Positions 29,369-40,213 of a stretch of DNA of 64,000 nt are shown in pieces. The translations under genes and the position numbers were made by a program. Under the pieces are notes generated by a model. It saw only the letters and a program-made list of their open reading frames with translations, was not told the origin of the DNA and made no database searches. This DNA is from Sulfurimonadaceae bacterium (GTDB lineage Bacteria; Campylobacterota; Campylobacteria; Campylobacterales; Sulfurimonadaceae). Each line of letters begins with the position of its first letter. The stretch's first letter is position 1. The DNA is taken from contig JBFESZ010000002.1 of assembly GCA_041548245.1 (NCBI GenBank), forward strand, positions 1-64,000, read 5' to 3'.

Positions 29369-30760
29369 ATGATTGTAACACGTTTCGCACCAAGTCCGAC
29401 AGGCTATCTTCATATCGGTGGTCTTAGAACGGCTCTGTTTAGTTATCTATGGGCTAAGAAAAATAACGGAAAGTTTGTACTACGCATTGAAGATACAGAT
29501 ATGAGCCGCAATAATGAAGAAGCAGCGAAGGCAATCGTGGATGCTTTTGAATGGGTGGGCCTCAAACATGACGGTGTCATTACTTACCAGTCACAGCGTA
29601 TGAGCATCTATAAAAAATATATTGATCAGCTTTTAGACGAAGGCAAGGCTTATAAATGCTATATGTCAAAAGATGAGCTTAATGCACTTCGTGAGGCACA
29701 GACCGCACGAAAGGAACGTCCTCGGTATGACAATTCGTACAGAGACTTTACCGGTACGCCTCCGGAAGGGGTAGAGCCGGTTATCCGCATCAAAGCGCCT
29801 GAAACAGGTGCCATTATCATAAATGACGGTATCAAGGGAGATATCACGTTTCAGGCGGAAGATATCTTGGATGATTTTATCATCGCTCGCTCTGATATGA
29901 GCCCAACCTATAACTTTGTTGTAGCCGTTGATGATGCTTTGATGGGTATTACGGAGGTTATACGTGGTGATGATCATCTTTCAAACACGCCCAAACAGAT
30001 GGTTGTCTACGAAGCGTTGGGATTTGATATTCCCAAGTTTTACCATGTTCCGATGATTCATAACTCCAATGGTAAAAAACTATCAAAACGTGATGGTGCG
30101 ACAGATGTGATGATGTATCAGGAGATGGGTTATACTCCTGAGGCATTATTGAACTTTTTGGTTCGCCTTGGTTGGTCTCATGGTGATCAAGAGATCTTCT
30201 CTATGGATGAGATGCTTGCAATGTTCGATCCAAAAGATATTAACAAATCCGCTTCGATCTATAATCCCGAAAAACTGGACTGGTTGAATGCGCATTATAT
30301 TAAAAACATGGAGAATACAAAACTGGCGGAAGCTTTAGAAGCTTATGATATTGTTTTAACAAGCCATGATAAAAAAGAGATCCTTCTTGACGCTCTAAAA
30401 GAACGAGTGAAAACTTTAAAAGAGATGGCTGGGATGGTCAAAGAAGTATTGACAGCACCGAGTGTATATGATGAAAAAGGGATGCAAAAAGCTTTTAAAG
30501 GAAATGCAGATGAAGTCTTGAAACATTTTGTTCAAAAGCTTAGTCTTGCGGAAGAGCTGCATTTGCCAGTCGATTACCATAAGGTCATGGAGGAGACGAT
30601 TACAGAACTTGAAGTCGGGTTTGGAAAAATCGGGCAGCCTTTACGTATAGCACTTTTGGGTAAACTTTCCGGCCCTGGACTGGATGAAGTGATGGCCGTT
30701 ATTGGCAAGGATGAGACGCTTAAACGTATTGAGATGGTTCTAGAAAAACTGGGGGCTTAA
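29369..30760 (+). CDS. gltX: Glutamate--tRNA ligase
   Basis: 'RFAPSPTGYLHIGG', 'IRGDDH', 'KLSKR'. Confidence 0.97.
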   Translation: MIVTRFAPSPTGYLHIGGLRTALFSYLWAKKNNGKFVLRIEDTDMSRNNEEAAKAIVDAFEWVGLKHDGVITYQSQRMSIYKKYIDQLLDEGKAYKCYMSKDELNALREAQTARKERPRYDNSYRDFTGTPPEGVEPVIRIKAPETGAIIINDGIKGDITFQAEDILDDFIIARSDMSPTYNFVVAVDDALMGITEVIRGDDHLSNTPKQMVVYEALGFDIPKFYHVPMIHNSNGKKLSKRDGATDVMMYQEMGYTPEALLNFLVRLGWSHGDQEIFSMDEMLAMFDPKDINKSASIYNPEKLDWLNAHYIKNMENTKLAEALEAYDIVLTSHDKKEILLDALKERVKTLKEMAGMVKEVLTAPSVYDEKGMQKAFKGNADEVLKHFVQKLSLAEELHLPVDYHKVMEETITELEVGFGKIGQPLRIALLGKLSGPGLDEVMAVIGKDETLKRIEMVLEKLGA

Positions 30761-30882
30761 AAAACTGTTACGACTAGGTTTAAATAAAATATAATTATAT
30801 GAACCGTTCTTTAAATTAATATCCCTTTAATCACTTGGCTGTTAATCTATTTAAGAGTAAGTCTGCATATTAAGGGTGTTGA

Positions 30883-32598
30883 ATGAGTGATTTGTTTCAG
30901 TTTGCCGAAGATAGGGAAGTGGTACAAGAGGCTTCAGGCAAGGCATGGAAGATCCTGGTTGTAGATGATGAGCCATCCGTTCATGATATTACGCGAAGTG
31001 CCTTAAAGCATGTCACCGTCGAAGGTCAAGCACTGGAATTGATTTATGCACTCAGTGGCGAAGAAGCGAAAAAGAAGCTTGAAGAGCATAAGAATATTGC
31101 TTTGGCCCTGATCGATGTCATTATGGAGACACCTTCTGCAGGATTGGATCTTGTCAATCATATCCGCAATGACCTCAAAAATGATTTTATCCGTCTTATT
31201 ATTCGCACGGGACAACCCCATGAAGTACCTGAACGCGACGTTATTGACCGTTATGACATCAACGATTATAAAGAGAAGACAGAACTGACAGTAGATAAGC
31301 TGTATACAGTCATACGCTCCGGCATCAAACAGTATATCCAACTCATTGAACTTTCCAATAAATACCAAGATGTCTATAAACAGATGACAACACATCCACT
31401 GACCAAACTTCCAAACCGACAAAAACTCAATGAAGACTTAGATACGGACGGAGCAAAAGATCTTGTTCTGATTAACATTGATAATTTCAGTCTTATCAAC
31501 GATACGCAAGGTTTTGAAGTGGGTGATGAGCTTCTAAAACAGATGGGCGCTTTTTTGGTGAGTATGTATGCTGATGAAATGATGGTTTATCATCTTGAAG
31601 GAGATACCTTTGGTATCTTGTGTATGGATGAGCATATCAGTGAAGAGAGATTGGTCTGCATTAAAACAGATATTAATAAAATGACCTTTTTACTCGCTGG
31701 CGTTGAAAGTCGTTTGAGTGTGACGATGGGATTGGTCATGCGAGAAGAGGGAAACATCATACAAAAAGCACAGTTTGCTCTCAAAGAAGCACGTTCACAT
31801 GGTAAGAACCGTATCAGCAAATATACGAAAGACATTAAAATCATACAGACCATACATCATAACTCAAAATGGACGAAACGTATTCAAGAAGCTTTGGCGA
31901 GCAGGAGTTTGAGAAGTTATTACCAACCTATTTTTGATATTAAAACAGGCAATCTTGTCAAGTATGAGTGTCTGGTACGTATGTTATATGATGATGAAAT
32001 CATTGGACCGAACGAATTTCTTGAGTGCGCAAAGATCAGTGGCCAATCGTACGCGATCTTTAAGTTTATGTTTGAAAATGCCTGTCAAAAAAGTAAAGGG
32101 TTTGATGGTCAGTTGACGATCAATATGACGGATTCGGACCTTCAAGAAGATGATCTGCTCTCATATGTGGAAGAGAGTTTTGAGAAGTATGATGTTGATC
32201 CTAAGCAGATAGGTATTGAGATACTAGAGCAAAAAAGTATCATGAAAAATGATCTGATAAGAAAGAATATCATTGCTTTGGCAGATAAAGGCATGGCTAT
32301 CATTATCGATGATTTTGGGATTGAATGTTCTAATTTTGGTCAGCTTGCCGATCTGCCTATCTCCATGCTGAAAATAGATGGAAGTTTCATAAAAGATTTG
32401 GATATAAATGTCAAGCATAGGGTGATTGTAGAGTCGATTATCGAATTTGCGAAAAAGATGAATATTCCTATTGTAGCTGAGTTTGTGCATTCGCAAAAAA
32501 TTATGGATATAGTTAGAGATATGGGAGTACACTATGCCCAAGGCTATCATCTTGGAGAACCGCTTCCTGATCTTGTGGATTTGTCATACAGATATTAA
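30883..32598 (+). CDS. Response regulator with degenerate GGDEF and EAL domain (likely c-di-GMP phosphodiesterase)
   Basis: REC 'VVDDE...LIDVIM...IRTG'; GGDEF site reads 'LEGDTF'; EAL 'YECLVRM', 'DDFG', 'KIDGSF', 'AEFV', 'QGY'. Confidence 0.85.
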   Translation: MSDLFQFAEDREVVQEASGKAWKILVVDDEPSVHDITRSALKHVTVEGQALELIYALSGEEAKKKLEEHKNIALALIDVIMETPSAGLDLVNHIRNDLKNDFIRLIIRTGQPHEVPERDVIDRYDINDYKEKTELTVDKLYTVIRSGIKQYIQLIELSNKYQDVYKQMTTHPLTKLPNRQKLNEDLDTDGAKDLVLINIDNFSLINDTQGFEVGDELLKQMGAFLVSMYADEMMVYHLEGDTFGILCMDEHISEERLVCIKTDINKMTFLLAGVESRLSVTMGLVMREEGNIIQKAQFALKEARSHGKNRISKYTKDIKIIQTIHHNSKWTKRIQEALASRSLRSYYQPIFDIKTGNLVKYECLVRMLYDDEIIGPNEFLECAKISGQSYAIFKFMFENACQKSKGFDGQLTINMTDSDLQEDDLLSYVEESFEKYDVDPKQIGIEILEQKSIMKNDLIRKNIIALADKGMAIIIDDFGIECSNFGQLADLPISMLKIDGSFIKDLDINVKHRVIVESIIEFAKKMNIPIVAEFVHSQKIMDIVRDMGVHYAQGYHLGEPLPDLVDLSYRY

Positions 32599-32626
32599 AA
32601 GTTAATTACATGAAGGAATAGTTAGA

Positions 32627-34084
32627 ATGAGTCAAAAACATTATGAGGTTTTGATTATCGGTGCTGGTATTTCAGGTGCGGCTTTGGCCTATGAACTGGC
32701 ACGATATACCAATATCAAATCAATCGGTGTGATAGAAAAGTATGAAGATGTGGCTACTCTAAACAGTGCGGGTACTTCAAACTCGCAAACTATTCATGTT
32801 GGTGATATTGAGACGAACTATACGCTGGAAAAAGCGGCGATCACCAAAAGAACGGCAAAGATGGTGGAAAAGTATTGTCTGCAGTACCACTATCAGAATG
32901 AGATAATTTTTTCGCATCAGAAGATGGCACTTGGTGTAGGTGAGAAAGAAGTAGAGTTCTTATTGCACAGGTTTGAAGAGTTCTCGAAACTTTTTCCTTA
33001 TCTTGAAGTGTGGGATAAGGAAAAGCTCAAAGAGTTGGAACCTCGTGTTGTCTTTGATGAAAATGGGCAAGAGAGAGAAGAGCCAATCGTCGGGATAGGT
33101 GCAAAAGACCAATGGACCACTGTTGATTATGGAAAGATGGCAAAATCATTCCTGGAAAATGCCAAGGCACAAGAGGGCAAAAGCGTAGAGACATTTTTCA
33201 ACTCCGAAGTAACGAAAATTGAGAAAATGGATGACGGCAGTTATGTAGTGCATTGTTCAGACAGGATCTACAGCGCCGATTTTATTGTTGTCAATGCCGG
33301 GGCACATAGTTTGTTCTTAGCACATCAGATGGGCTATGGGCATAATTTGGGCTGTCTTCCGATAGCTGGAAGTTTTTATATGACTAATGAAAAAATGTTA
33401 AGGGGTAAGGTCTACATGATTCAAAACCCAAAACTCCCCTTTGCAGCTTTACATGGCGATCCGGATGTTCTTGCCGGTGAAAATACGCGTTTTGGACCAA
33501 CGGCTCTGGTTCTTCCTAAATTGGAACGTTATAAAAGCGGTACCTATATGGACTTTTGGAAGACGCTTCGTTTTGACAAAAATATTGCTATTGCTTTGTG
33601 GAAACTTCTCAAAGAGACTGATATCCGCTCTTATATCTTTAGAAACTTTCTGTTTGAGGTACCGATTTTGAACAAGTATCTTTTTTTGAAAGATGCACGC
33701 AAGATCGTACCCTCACTCAAACTGGATGAGTTTAGATATGCAAAAGGATTCGGCGGTGTGCGACCACAGGTTCTGAACAAGGATGAGCAGAAATTAATGC
33801 TGGGTGAGGCCTCGATTAATCCGGGTGAAGGGATTATCTTCAATATGACACCTTCTCCAGGGGCGACTTCATGCCTTGGTAATGCAGAAAGAGACGTAAG
33901 GTATATTGTCAACTATCTTGAGAAGAGTTTTGATGAAAAACTCTTTAATGATGAATTGACTGAAGGAGAGTATTGTGTCTTGCCAGAACCTTTGGCGTCA
34001 CAAAAAGCCCGTGTCAATCTAATCCGTGCGGAGATTGCCAGAACGCATGAGAAGTTCCATACGGACTATTCTCAACAGCGCTAG
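32627..34084 (+). CDS. mqo: Malate:quinone oxidoreductase (epsilon type)
   Basis: 'IGAGISG', 'NSQTIHVGDIETNY', 'LPFAALHGDPD', 'NMTPSPGATSCL'. Confidence 0.9.
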   Translation: MSQKHYEVLIIGAGISGAALAYELARYTNIKSIGVIEKYEDVATLNSAGTSNSQTIHVGDIETNYTLEKAAITKRTAKMVEKYCLQYHYQNEIIFSHQKMALGVGEKEVEFLLHRFEEFSKLFPYLEVWDKEKLKELEPRVVFDENGQEREEPIVGIGAKDQWTTVDYGKMAKSFLENAKAQEGKSVETFFNSEVTKIEKMDDGSYVVHCSDRIYSADFIVVNAGAHSLFLAHQMGYGHNLGCLPIAGSFYMTNEKMLRGKVYMIQNPKLPFAALHGDPDVLAGENTRFGPTALVLPKLERYKSGTYMDFWKTLRFDKNIAIALWKLLKETDIRSYIFRNFLFEVPILNKYLFLKDARKIVPSLKLDEFRYAKGFGGVRPQVLNKDEQKLMLGEASINPGEGIIFNMTPSPGATSCLGNAERDVRYIVNYLEKSFDEKLFNDELTEGEYCVLPEPLASQKARVNLIRAEIARTHEKFHTDYSQQR

Positions 34085-37000
34085 ATTGCTGAAGCCATCA
34101 ATTGGTTAATGGTCACGGTAATCTCTTTGAGACCTTTTGTCTCATAGTTTTCAAACACTTCAAGTTGTTCACGTGCTCCTGTGAATGCCTCATTTTCATT
34201 GGAGACGAAAGATGCAAAGGCATCTTCCGGGCTTTCGTCCACACGTTGAAAACTCAAAATCTTATGGGTGTAATGCACAACAAGAAAATCGATAAACTGC
34301 AGCATTTGACGTTTTAAGACACGTTCACTCTCCTGATTGACGGGAACATCATCCAAGGCCGTAAGCAATTCGATGATTTTAAACTCACTAACAATCATAT
34401 AAAAGAGGGTCGCGACATCATCGAAACTGTGTTGTGTACTCTCTTTGATACTGATAGCGGCCACGGCAAAACGAAGGTATTCAATATGGGAGAAGAAACT
34501 GTTGAAATCATCTTTTCCAGGAATGAGTTCAACGGATTTGACATTGTTGATCTTGTCAAGCATTCTGAAAAGGTTGTCTCTGTTTCCCAGGATATGCGAA
34601 GCATCAATCTGATTTTTATTAAGATATTTGATCATCCATTTGACACTGAAGACCAGTGTCTTTTCCATCTCTGAAAGCAGGTGGTATTGTTGTTCACTTG
34701 GCATAATAAAGTCTTGTCTGAAGATTTCATGACGGATGTCATTCGTCCCAAACAGTTGAGAACAGATAAGATAAGATTTGATCTTGTTAATAAACTTCTC
34801 TTCACCGATACGCTCAAAATCACTGACAAAACTCACACCTTGAAAATTGATGACCTTATCGGCGATAATCGTAGCAATAAGTTCACGTTTTAACGGATGT
34901 TGCGAAATCTCATGTTCATAGATCCCGACAAAAGATTTTGGAAAATATTTGTATAGATAGTTCAAAGAGAAATTATCATCAACCAAGCTGGAGTTCAACA
35001 GAAGGTTTTTGACAAATATCTTGGCATAAGAGAGCATGGAGGCGAGAATAGGACGAACGATAGCCCCTTCCTTGTCGAGCATGGCATTGACGTTTTCATC
35101 CTTGGGGATATAAAAATCTTTACGCTTGAAAGCAGGAATATAGGTGTCAAGAATTTTGATGGCTTCAAGAAAATATTTGATATAGCTTTTAGAAAGTCTT
35201 TCGTCCCGCGATATGGCCAGACTTTGATTGTAGTTGTCCCATAAGACAAGGTTAACTACCTGTTCTGTCAGGCTTGTGAGGGTTTTGTTACGCTCTTCTT
35301 CACTCAGCAGTCCCTTAGCCTGAATCGTATTCAGCAAGATTTTCAGGTTGACTTCATGGTCTGAGATGTTAACACCGGCAGAGTTGTCAATCCCGTCAAG
35401 GTTTATACGCCCACCTGCAAGAGCATACTCTATACGTGCACGTTGTGTGAACCCAAGGTTTCCCCCTTCACAGACAGAGTAGGCTTTGAGTTCATTGGCA
35501 TCGATACGGACACTTTCATTCTGTTTATCTCCGATATCAAGGCTGCTTTCATCAGAACTTTTGACATAGGTTCCAACCCCTCCATTGAAAAGCATGTCGA
35601 CTTTCATGCAAAGCAGTTTTTTGGACAGCTCCTCTCCGCTCAAGGTATTGCGGGTTGTACCGACCATCTTCTTGATCTCATCAGAAAGTTCTATAGATTT
35701 ATCCGAACGAAGAAAGACGCCACCTCCTTTGGAGATAAGTCCTCTGTTGTAAGCACTCCATGAACCGTCTTTGGATATAAAGAGTCGCTGTCTCTCTTCG
35801 TAAGCAGTTATGGGAATAGGGTCTGGATCGATAAATATCTCTTTATGGCTGATCGCAGCAAGAAGTTTAAAGGCTTTTGACTCGAGCATACCGTTGCCAA
35901 AGACGTCTCCATTCATCGATCCTAATCCGACAACAGTGATTGAGTCTTTATAAAAGTCAACTCCTTTTTCAATGAAAAAACGCTGTGTAGAGATAATAGC
36001 ACCTTTTGCTGTTATTCCCAGATCTTTGTGACCAAATCCGTTGGACCCTCCACTTGCAAAGGCATCCTTTAACCAAAAATTTCGCTCAACTGAGATGTTA
36101 TTGGCTACATCACTCATCTGGGCAGTGCCTTTGTCAGCCGCAACAACAAAGTAGGTGTCGTCATCATCGTAGGCAATGACATGTTCATGTCTGACAACTT
36201 CATTATTGACTACATTGTCTACCATATCCAAGAGGTTATGGATAAACTCTGTATAGATCTTTTGAAAATACTCTTTTGTGATCTCCGATCTGTCCTTTCG
36301 AATGATAAAACCGCCCTTTGCTCCATCGGGAACGATAATCGAGTTTTTACCCTCCTGGGTGATCATTAATGATTTTATTTCTGTACGATAATCTTCATGC
36401 CGCTCGCTCCATCTGAGCCCGCCACGGCTAATTTTGCTCATGCGAAGGTGGAGTCCGCTGAACTCTTTATGATAGACAAATATCTCAAATTTTGGCTGAA
36501 TGCCTTTAAGGTGTTCACTGAAAAGTTCTGTATGGATTTTTAAAGAAATTGCTTCTTTATCACAAAAATAGTTTGTACGTAGAAGTGACTGCAATAGTGT
36601 ATAGGTCAGTTTTAAAATTTTATCTTCAAGAATATTGGGGACAGCTTTAATATTCTCTTCGATCTCTTCGCTGATACATTTGAGAGAAGCGACTCTCTGT
36701 TTCGCATGTGGATCAAATTTACAGATGAAATAATCGACAAAGAGTTTGGTGATATGATGATGATGGTTGAGCGTTTGGATGATTCCGCTGGCACTGAGGC
36801 TTAAAACAGCTTGATCCAGGTACTCAATAATGGCCCGCATAAGAGTGACCTGGCGAAGGGAAAGGTTTTCTTTGTATACAAGGGAATATAGGCGGCATTT
36901 ATCAAAACTTTTCCCTAAAAGAGCCAGAGAAATAATATGTTCAATGTTCTCTTTGGATGATTTTAGTTTATCAAGTTCATCAATATCAAGGTTAAAGCGG

Positions 37001-37269
37001 TTGACAAAAACAGTGATGTTGTTTTTTGCAATGGAGTAGGTGATCTCATCGATAATGCTAAAACCAAAGTCATGTAAAACAGGTGTCATACTAGAGAGGT
37101 AAAGCCTCTCTGTAGAGTATATTTTAATGGATACATTGTCTTTGTCAAGAAAGATCTTGCTTACAATGGTCTCTATTTTTATCTGATTAAAAAGTTTGGA
37201 CGAGATTTTAAGATCATCAGATCGTAAAAGCTGTGAACAGACCGCATCGATATCAGAAATTTCAGCCAT
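34081..37269 (-). CDS. Large NAD-specific glutamate dehydrogenase (Bac_GDH family)
   Basis: 'RGGLRWS', 'KNSIIVPDGAKGGF', 'YFVVAADKGTA', 'AFASGGS', 'EGGNLG.TQ.AR', 'DNSAGV..SDHEVN'. Confidence 0.9.
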   Translation of the reverse strand: MAEISDIDAVCSQLLRSDDLKISSKLFNQIKIETIVSKIFLDKDNVSIKIYSTERLYLSSMTPVLHDFGFSIIDEITYSIAKNNITVFVNRFNLDIDELDKLKSSKENIEHIISLALLGKSFDKCRLYSLVYKENLSLRQVTLMRAIIEYLDQAVLSLSASGIIQTLNHHHHITKLFVDYFICKFDPHAKQRVASLKCISEEIEENIKAVPNILEDKILKLTYTLLQSLLRTNYFCDKEAISLKIHTELFSEHLKGIQPKFEIFVYHKEFSGLHLRMSKISRGGLRWSERHEDYRTEIKSLMITQEGKNSIIVPDGAKGGFIIRKDRSEITKEYFQKIYTEFIHNLLDMVDNVVNNEVVRHEHVIAYDDDDTYFVVAADKGTAQMSDVANNISVERNFWLKDAFASGGSNGFGHKDLGITAKGAIISTQRFFIEKGVDFYKDSITVVGLGSMNGDVFGNGMLESKAFKLLAAISHKEIFIDPDPIPITAYEERQRLFISKDGSWSAYNRGLISKGGGVFLRSDKSIELSDEIKKMVGTTRNTLSGEELSKKLLCMKVDMLFNGGVGTYVKSSDESSLDIGDKQNESVRIDANELKAYSVCEGGNLGFTQRARIEYALAGGRINLDGIDNSAGVNISDHEVNLKILLNTIQAKGLLSEEERNKTLTSLTEQVVNLVLWDNYNQSLAISRDERLSKSYIKYFLEAIKILDTYIPAFKRKDFYIPKDENVNAMLDKEGAIVRPILASMLSYAKIFVKNLLLNSSLVDDNFSLNYLYKYFPKSFVGIYEHEISQHPLKRELIATIIADKVINFQGVSFVSDFERIGEEKFINKIKSYLICSQLFGTNDIRHEIFRQDFIMPSEQQYHLLSEMEKTLVFSVKWMIKYLNKNQIDASHILGNRDNLFRMLDKINNVKSVELIPGKDDFNSFFSHIEYLRFAVAAISIKESTQHSFDDVATLFYMIVSEFKIIELLTALDDVPVNQESERVLKRQMLQFIDFLVVHYTHKILSFQRVDESPEDAFASFVSNENEAFTGAREQLEVFENYETKGLKEITVTINQLMASAI

Positions 37270-37334
37270 GCATTGCTCCGGTATAGTTAATGTTCTATTC
37301 TAGAGCAGATTGTCTTAGTGAAATGTTAAAAGGT

Positions 37335-37994
37335 CTATTTCCTTGGTAGGCTTTTAGCCAATCTCAGAAAGCGTTTTAAAGAGAGTTTTGCGTGGCGGTC
37401 TATCTTGTACTCGATCAGGTTCAGATAGTCCAAGATGTTATCAGGTTTTATCCCTGTTTTCTGGGATGACCTTGTAAGAATATAATAGGGGATCTTATGA
37501 GATGAAGAGAGGAATTTTTCAGTGAGCTTTTGATATTTTTTACTTTTTCCGTGATAACACAAACGGGCAAAAACAAAAGGGAGTTTTTGACGTTCGTACC
37601 ATACTTTTGCCAGGTCGATCGCATCATCCCTATGGTTAAGAAAGTGTTTCAGCGCTTTGTCACCTATGATGACTTCGCCTTCAAGGCCCAATACCTGTGC
37701 AAGGACGTTTGAAGTGGCTGATGCTTTGTCCTTTATGCTTTTGCCCGGAAGCAGCAGAACACTGTGTACCTCTTTGCGTGCCAAAATACCGAGATCAGTG
37801 CATTTGCATTTTTCGGACGCTATGCTGGAAATGAAAGCAGCATCGATTCTACGTGCTTTAAATGCTTCATTGATCTGCGAAGGAACACCGCGCTTATATT
37901 GTAAAATTTGATGTTGTTGAGAGCCTTTGAGATACCTTTTCATAAAAACATGAAAAGGCAAGAGGTTCAAGTACTCGATCTTTCCAAAAATCAT
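37335..37994 (-). CDS. mqnA: Chorismate dehydratase (futalosine menaquinone pathway)
   Basis: 'GKIEYLNLLPF', 'SATSNVL', 'IGDKAL', 'LPFVFA'. Confidence 0.88.
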   Translation of the reverse strand: MIFGKIEYLNLLPFHVFMKRYLKGSQQHQILQYKRGVPSQINEAFKARRIDAAFISSIASEKCKCTDLGILARKEVHSVLLLPGKSIKDKASATSNVLAQVLGLEGEVIIGDKALKHFLNHRDDAIDLAKVWYERQKLPFVFARLCYHGKSKKYQKLTEKFLSSSHKIPYYILTRSSQKTGIKPDNILDYLNLIEYKIDRHAKLSLKRFLRLAKSLPRK

Positions 37995-38199
37995 GTCGGA
38001 ATTATAGCTGAAATAAAGCAGATATAGTGCGTTAAAGTGTCATCTGCCAACTTGAGTAGCTGTAAGATATAGCATGTGTCTGTTTGATATAAGGATTAAT
38101 GATTTTATCTAGATAAGGGCTCTAATATTGATTTAGCTATAATTACATCATTATTAATAAGGTGATTGACAAATCAGGCCTTAGAAAATGGAGTATTGT

Positions 38200-38421
38200 G
38201 TGGTAACAATAGAATTTTTAGGACCAATACAAAAAGAAAATATATCTCTAAAAGCCGCATCCTTAAAGGATGTTGCACTGCGTTTGAGTGAAGATGAGGA
38301 ATTGAAGGCTTGGCTGGATACCTGTGCGGTCGCTGTGAATGATACCATGGTCATGGATCTTGATACCGAACTCAAAAGCGGAGACCGTGTATCTTTACTT
38401 CCTCCGGTGTGCGGTGGCTGA
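38200..38421 (+). CDS. moaD: Molybdopterin synthase sulfur carrier
   Basis: GTG start after GGAG; C-terminal 'LLPPVCGG'. Confidence 0.9.
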   Translation: MVTIEFLGPIQKENISLKAASLKDVALRLSEDEELKAWLDTCAVAVNDTMVMDLDTELKSGDRVSLLPPVCGG

Positions 38422-38867
38422 TGCTAGAGTTGTTTGATGGACCGGTTCCAGTCGAGCAGACACTTGCACGCTGGTATCAGGAAGAAGCAAATAGTAATTA
38501 TGGAGCATTTATCCCTTTTATAGGGACTATCCGTGATGAGGATGGCATATCGGGACTGAGTTTTGATATTTATGAGCCTATACTTGAGTCTTGGTATGAT
38601 GCCTGGGTTTTAAAAGCCAAGCAATCAGGTGCTATTTTAAAGATGGCACACTCACGCGGTGATGTGCCGCTTCATCAATCTTCATATATTGCTGCGGTAT
38701 TTTCACCTAAACGTCGTGTAGCTTTAGAAATGATTAATGAGTTTGTCGAAGATTTCAAAGCGAGTGCCCCGATATGGAAGTATGACTTGATTGATGGAAA
38801 ACGAATTTATGCAAAAGAGCGTTCGACTGCGATCGCAGGCAGTGGGCTTTTAAAGGTTGCTAAATGA
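38421..38867 (+). CDS. moaE: Molybdopterin synthase catalytic subunit
   Basis: 'F.GTIR', 'HSRG', 'FKASAPIWK'. Confidence 0.92.
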   Translation: MLELFDGPVPVEQTLARWYQEEANSNYGAFIPFIGTIRDEDGISGLSFDIYEPILESWYDAWVLKAKQSGAILKMAHSRGDVPLHQSSYIAAVFSPKRRVALEMINEFVEDFKASAPIWKYDLIDGKRIYAKERSTAIAGSGLLKVAK

Positions 38868-40069
38868 TCTCATATGAAGAATCAATGACTCAACTCTCAG
38901 CGGTTGAGATAGAAACAACGGCAACAGAAAGAGTTTTTTTATCAGATGCGCTTGGCCGAATTTTGGCTGAAGACATTGTTGCCCAGGAGAACTCACCTTT
39001 ATACCCGACATCGGCTATGGATGGTTATGCGATTTTGGCTGAAGATCAGCAGGTTGGAAAGATTCAGGTTCTTGGTGATAATCCTGCTGGTGCAGAGCAG
39101 ATCGCTGAAGTGACCCCTGGTTTCTGTATTAAAACATTTACGGGTTCATTAATGCCTTCTGGAGCGGACACGCTCATACCTATTGAAAATGTGACATTTC
39201 AAGAAGACTCTATCATCATCAATGAAGAGGTGCCTCAGGGTTTTAGTGTAAGACCTGTAGGAGAGAATTTTAAAGAGGGGGATATCCTTGTCAAGAAGGG
39301 AACAAAACTTGGGTATGCAGAGATAGGTGTATTGGCCAGTTTAAATGTCGTGATGGCACCTGTCTTTATAAAACCGCGTGTTGCTGTCCTTTCTACAGGT
39401 TCCGAGATACTTGATCTTGGTGAAACAGCGGTGTATGCTTCACAGATTCGCTCATCCAACAACTATACGCTGGCAGCTTTGGCACAGCAGTGTGGTGCTT
39501 CAGCAGTTCAGTTGGGAATCGTTAAAGATGATGAAGCTTCTATTACACAGGCTTTCGATAATGCTCTAAACTCTGCAGATATTATCGTGACAACCGGTGG
39601 TGTGAGTGTGGGTGATTATGACTTCGTCAAAGATATTATTCCGCGTCTTGGGGCGGAAGTTATCTATAAAGGGGTGAGAATAAAGCCCGGACAGCATATC
39701 ATGCTGGCAAAAAAAGGCAATAAGTTTATTATCGGTCTACCTGGCTTTGCTTTCTCTTCGACAGTGACCTTTATGCTTTATGTCATCCCTATTATCCGCC
39801 GAATGCTTTCACAAGAAGCCGGGCTTGAAGAGGTTGAGGCAGTGTTAATGCAGGACTTTAACAAGCGGGCTAAGAAGACAGAATTTACACCATGTAATCT
39901 TGTCTATGCCAATGGAAGATATGAGGTCGATTTTATAGGCAAGAAAATCGGCTCATCCGCTATTTTGACCAATATGCTCGGTCCGTGTGCGCTTGCCGTA
40001 ACAGGGGAAGATGCCTCTTCACTTAAAAAGGGTGATAAGATTGATGTTATCAATCTCTTAAACCTGTAG
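38864..40069 (+). CDS. moeA: Molybdopterin molybdotransferase
   Basis: 'SAMDGYA', 'STGSE', 'TGGVSVGDYD', 'KPG', 'GLPG'. Confidence 0.95.
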   Translation: MISYEESMTQLSAVEIETTATERVFLSDALGRILAEDIVAQENSPLYPTSAMDGYAILAEDQQVGKIQVLGDNPAGAEQIAEVTPGFCIKTFTGSLMPSGADTLIPIENVTFQEDSIIINEEVPQGFSVRPVGENFKEGDILVKKGTKLGYAEIGVLASLNVVMAPVFIKPRVAVLSTGSEILDLGETAVYASQIRSSNNYTLAALAQQCGASAVQLGIVKDDEASITQAFDNALNSADIIVTTGGVSVGDYDFVKDIIPRLGAEVIYKGVRIKPGQHIMLAKKGNKFIIGLPGFAFSSTVTFMLYVIPIIRRMLSQEAGLEEVEAVLMQDFNKRAKKTEFTPCNLVYANGRYEVDFIGKKIGSSAILTNMLGPCALAVTGEDASSLKKGDKIDVINLLNL

Positions 40070-40213
40070 TTTCCATCTCTTTTGCCCTTTCATAGGGAAA
40101 AATCATAAAGTGCTTCATTATTGTCAATCATTATGAGTGGATTTGTAATATTGTGTGGTACTTAAAAAAGTGTAGATTTATCAAAGCAGTGCTTTGATAA
40201 AGTGTGGTGATCT

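Noticed and set aside
37995-38199. Possible Moco riboswitch upstream of moaD
   Set aside because: No recognisable Moco motif; AT-rich divergent promoter region
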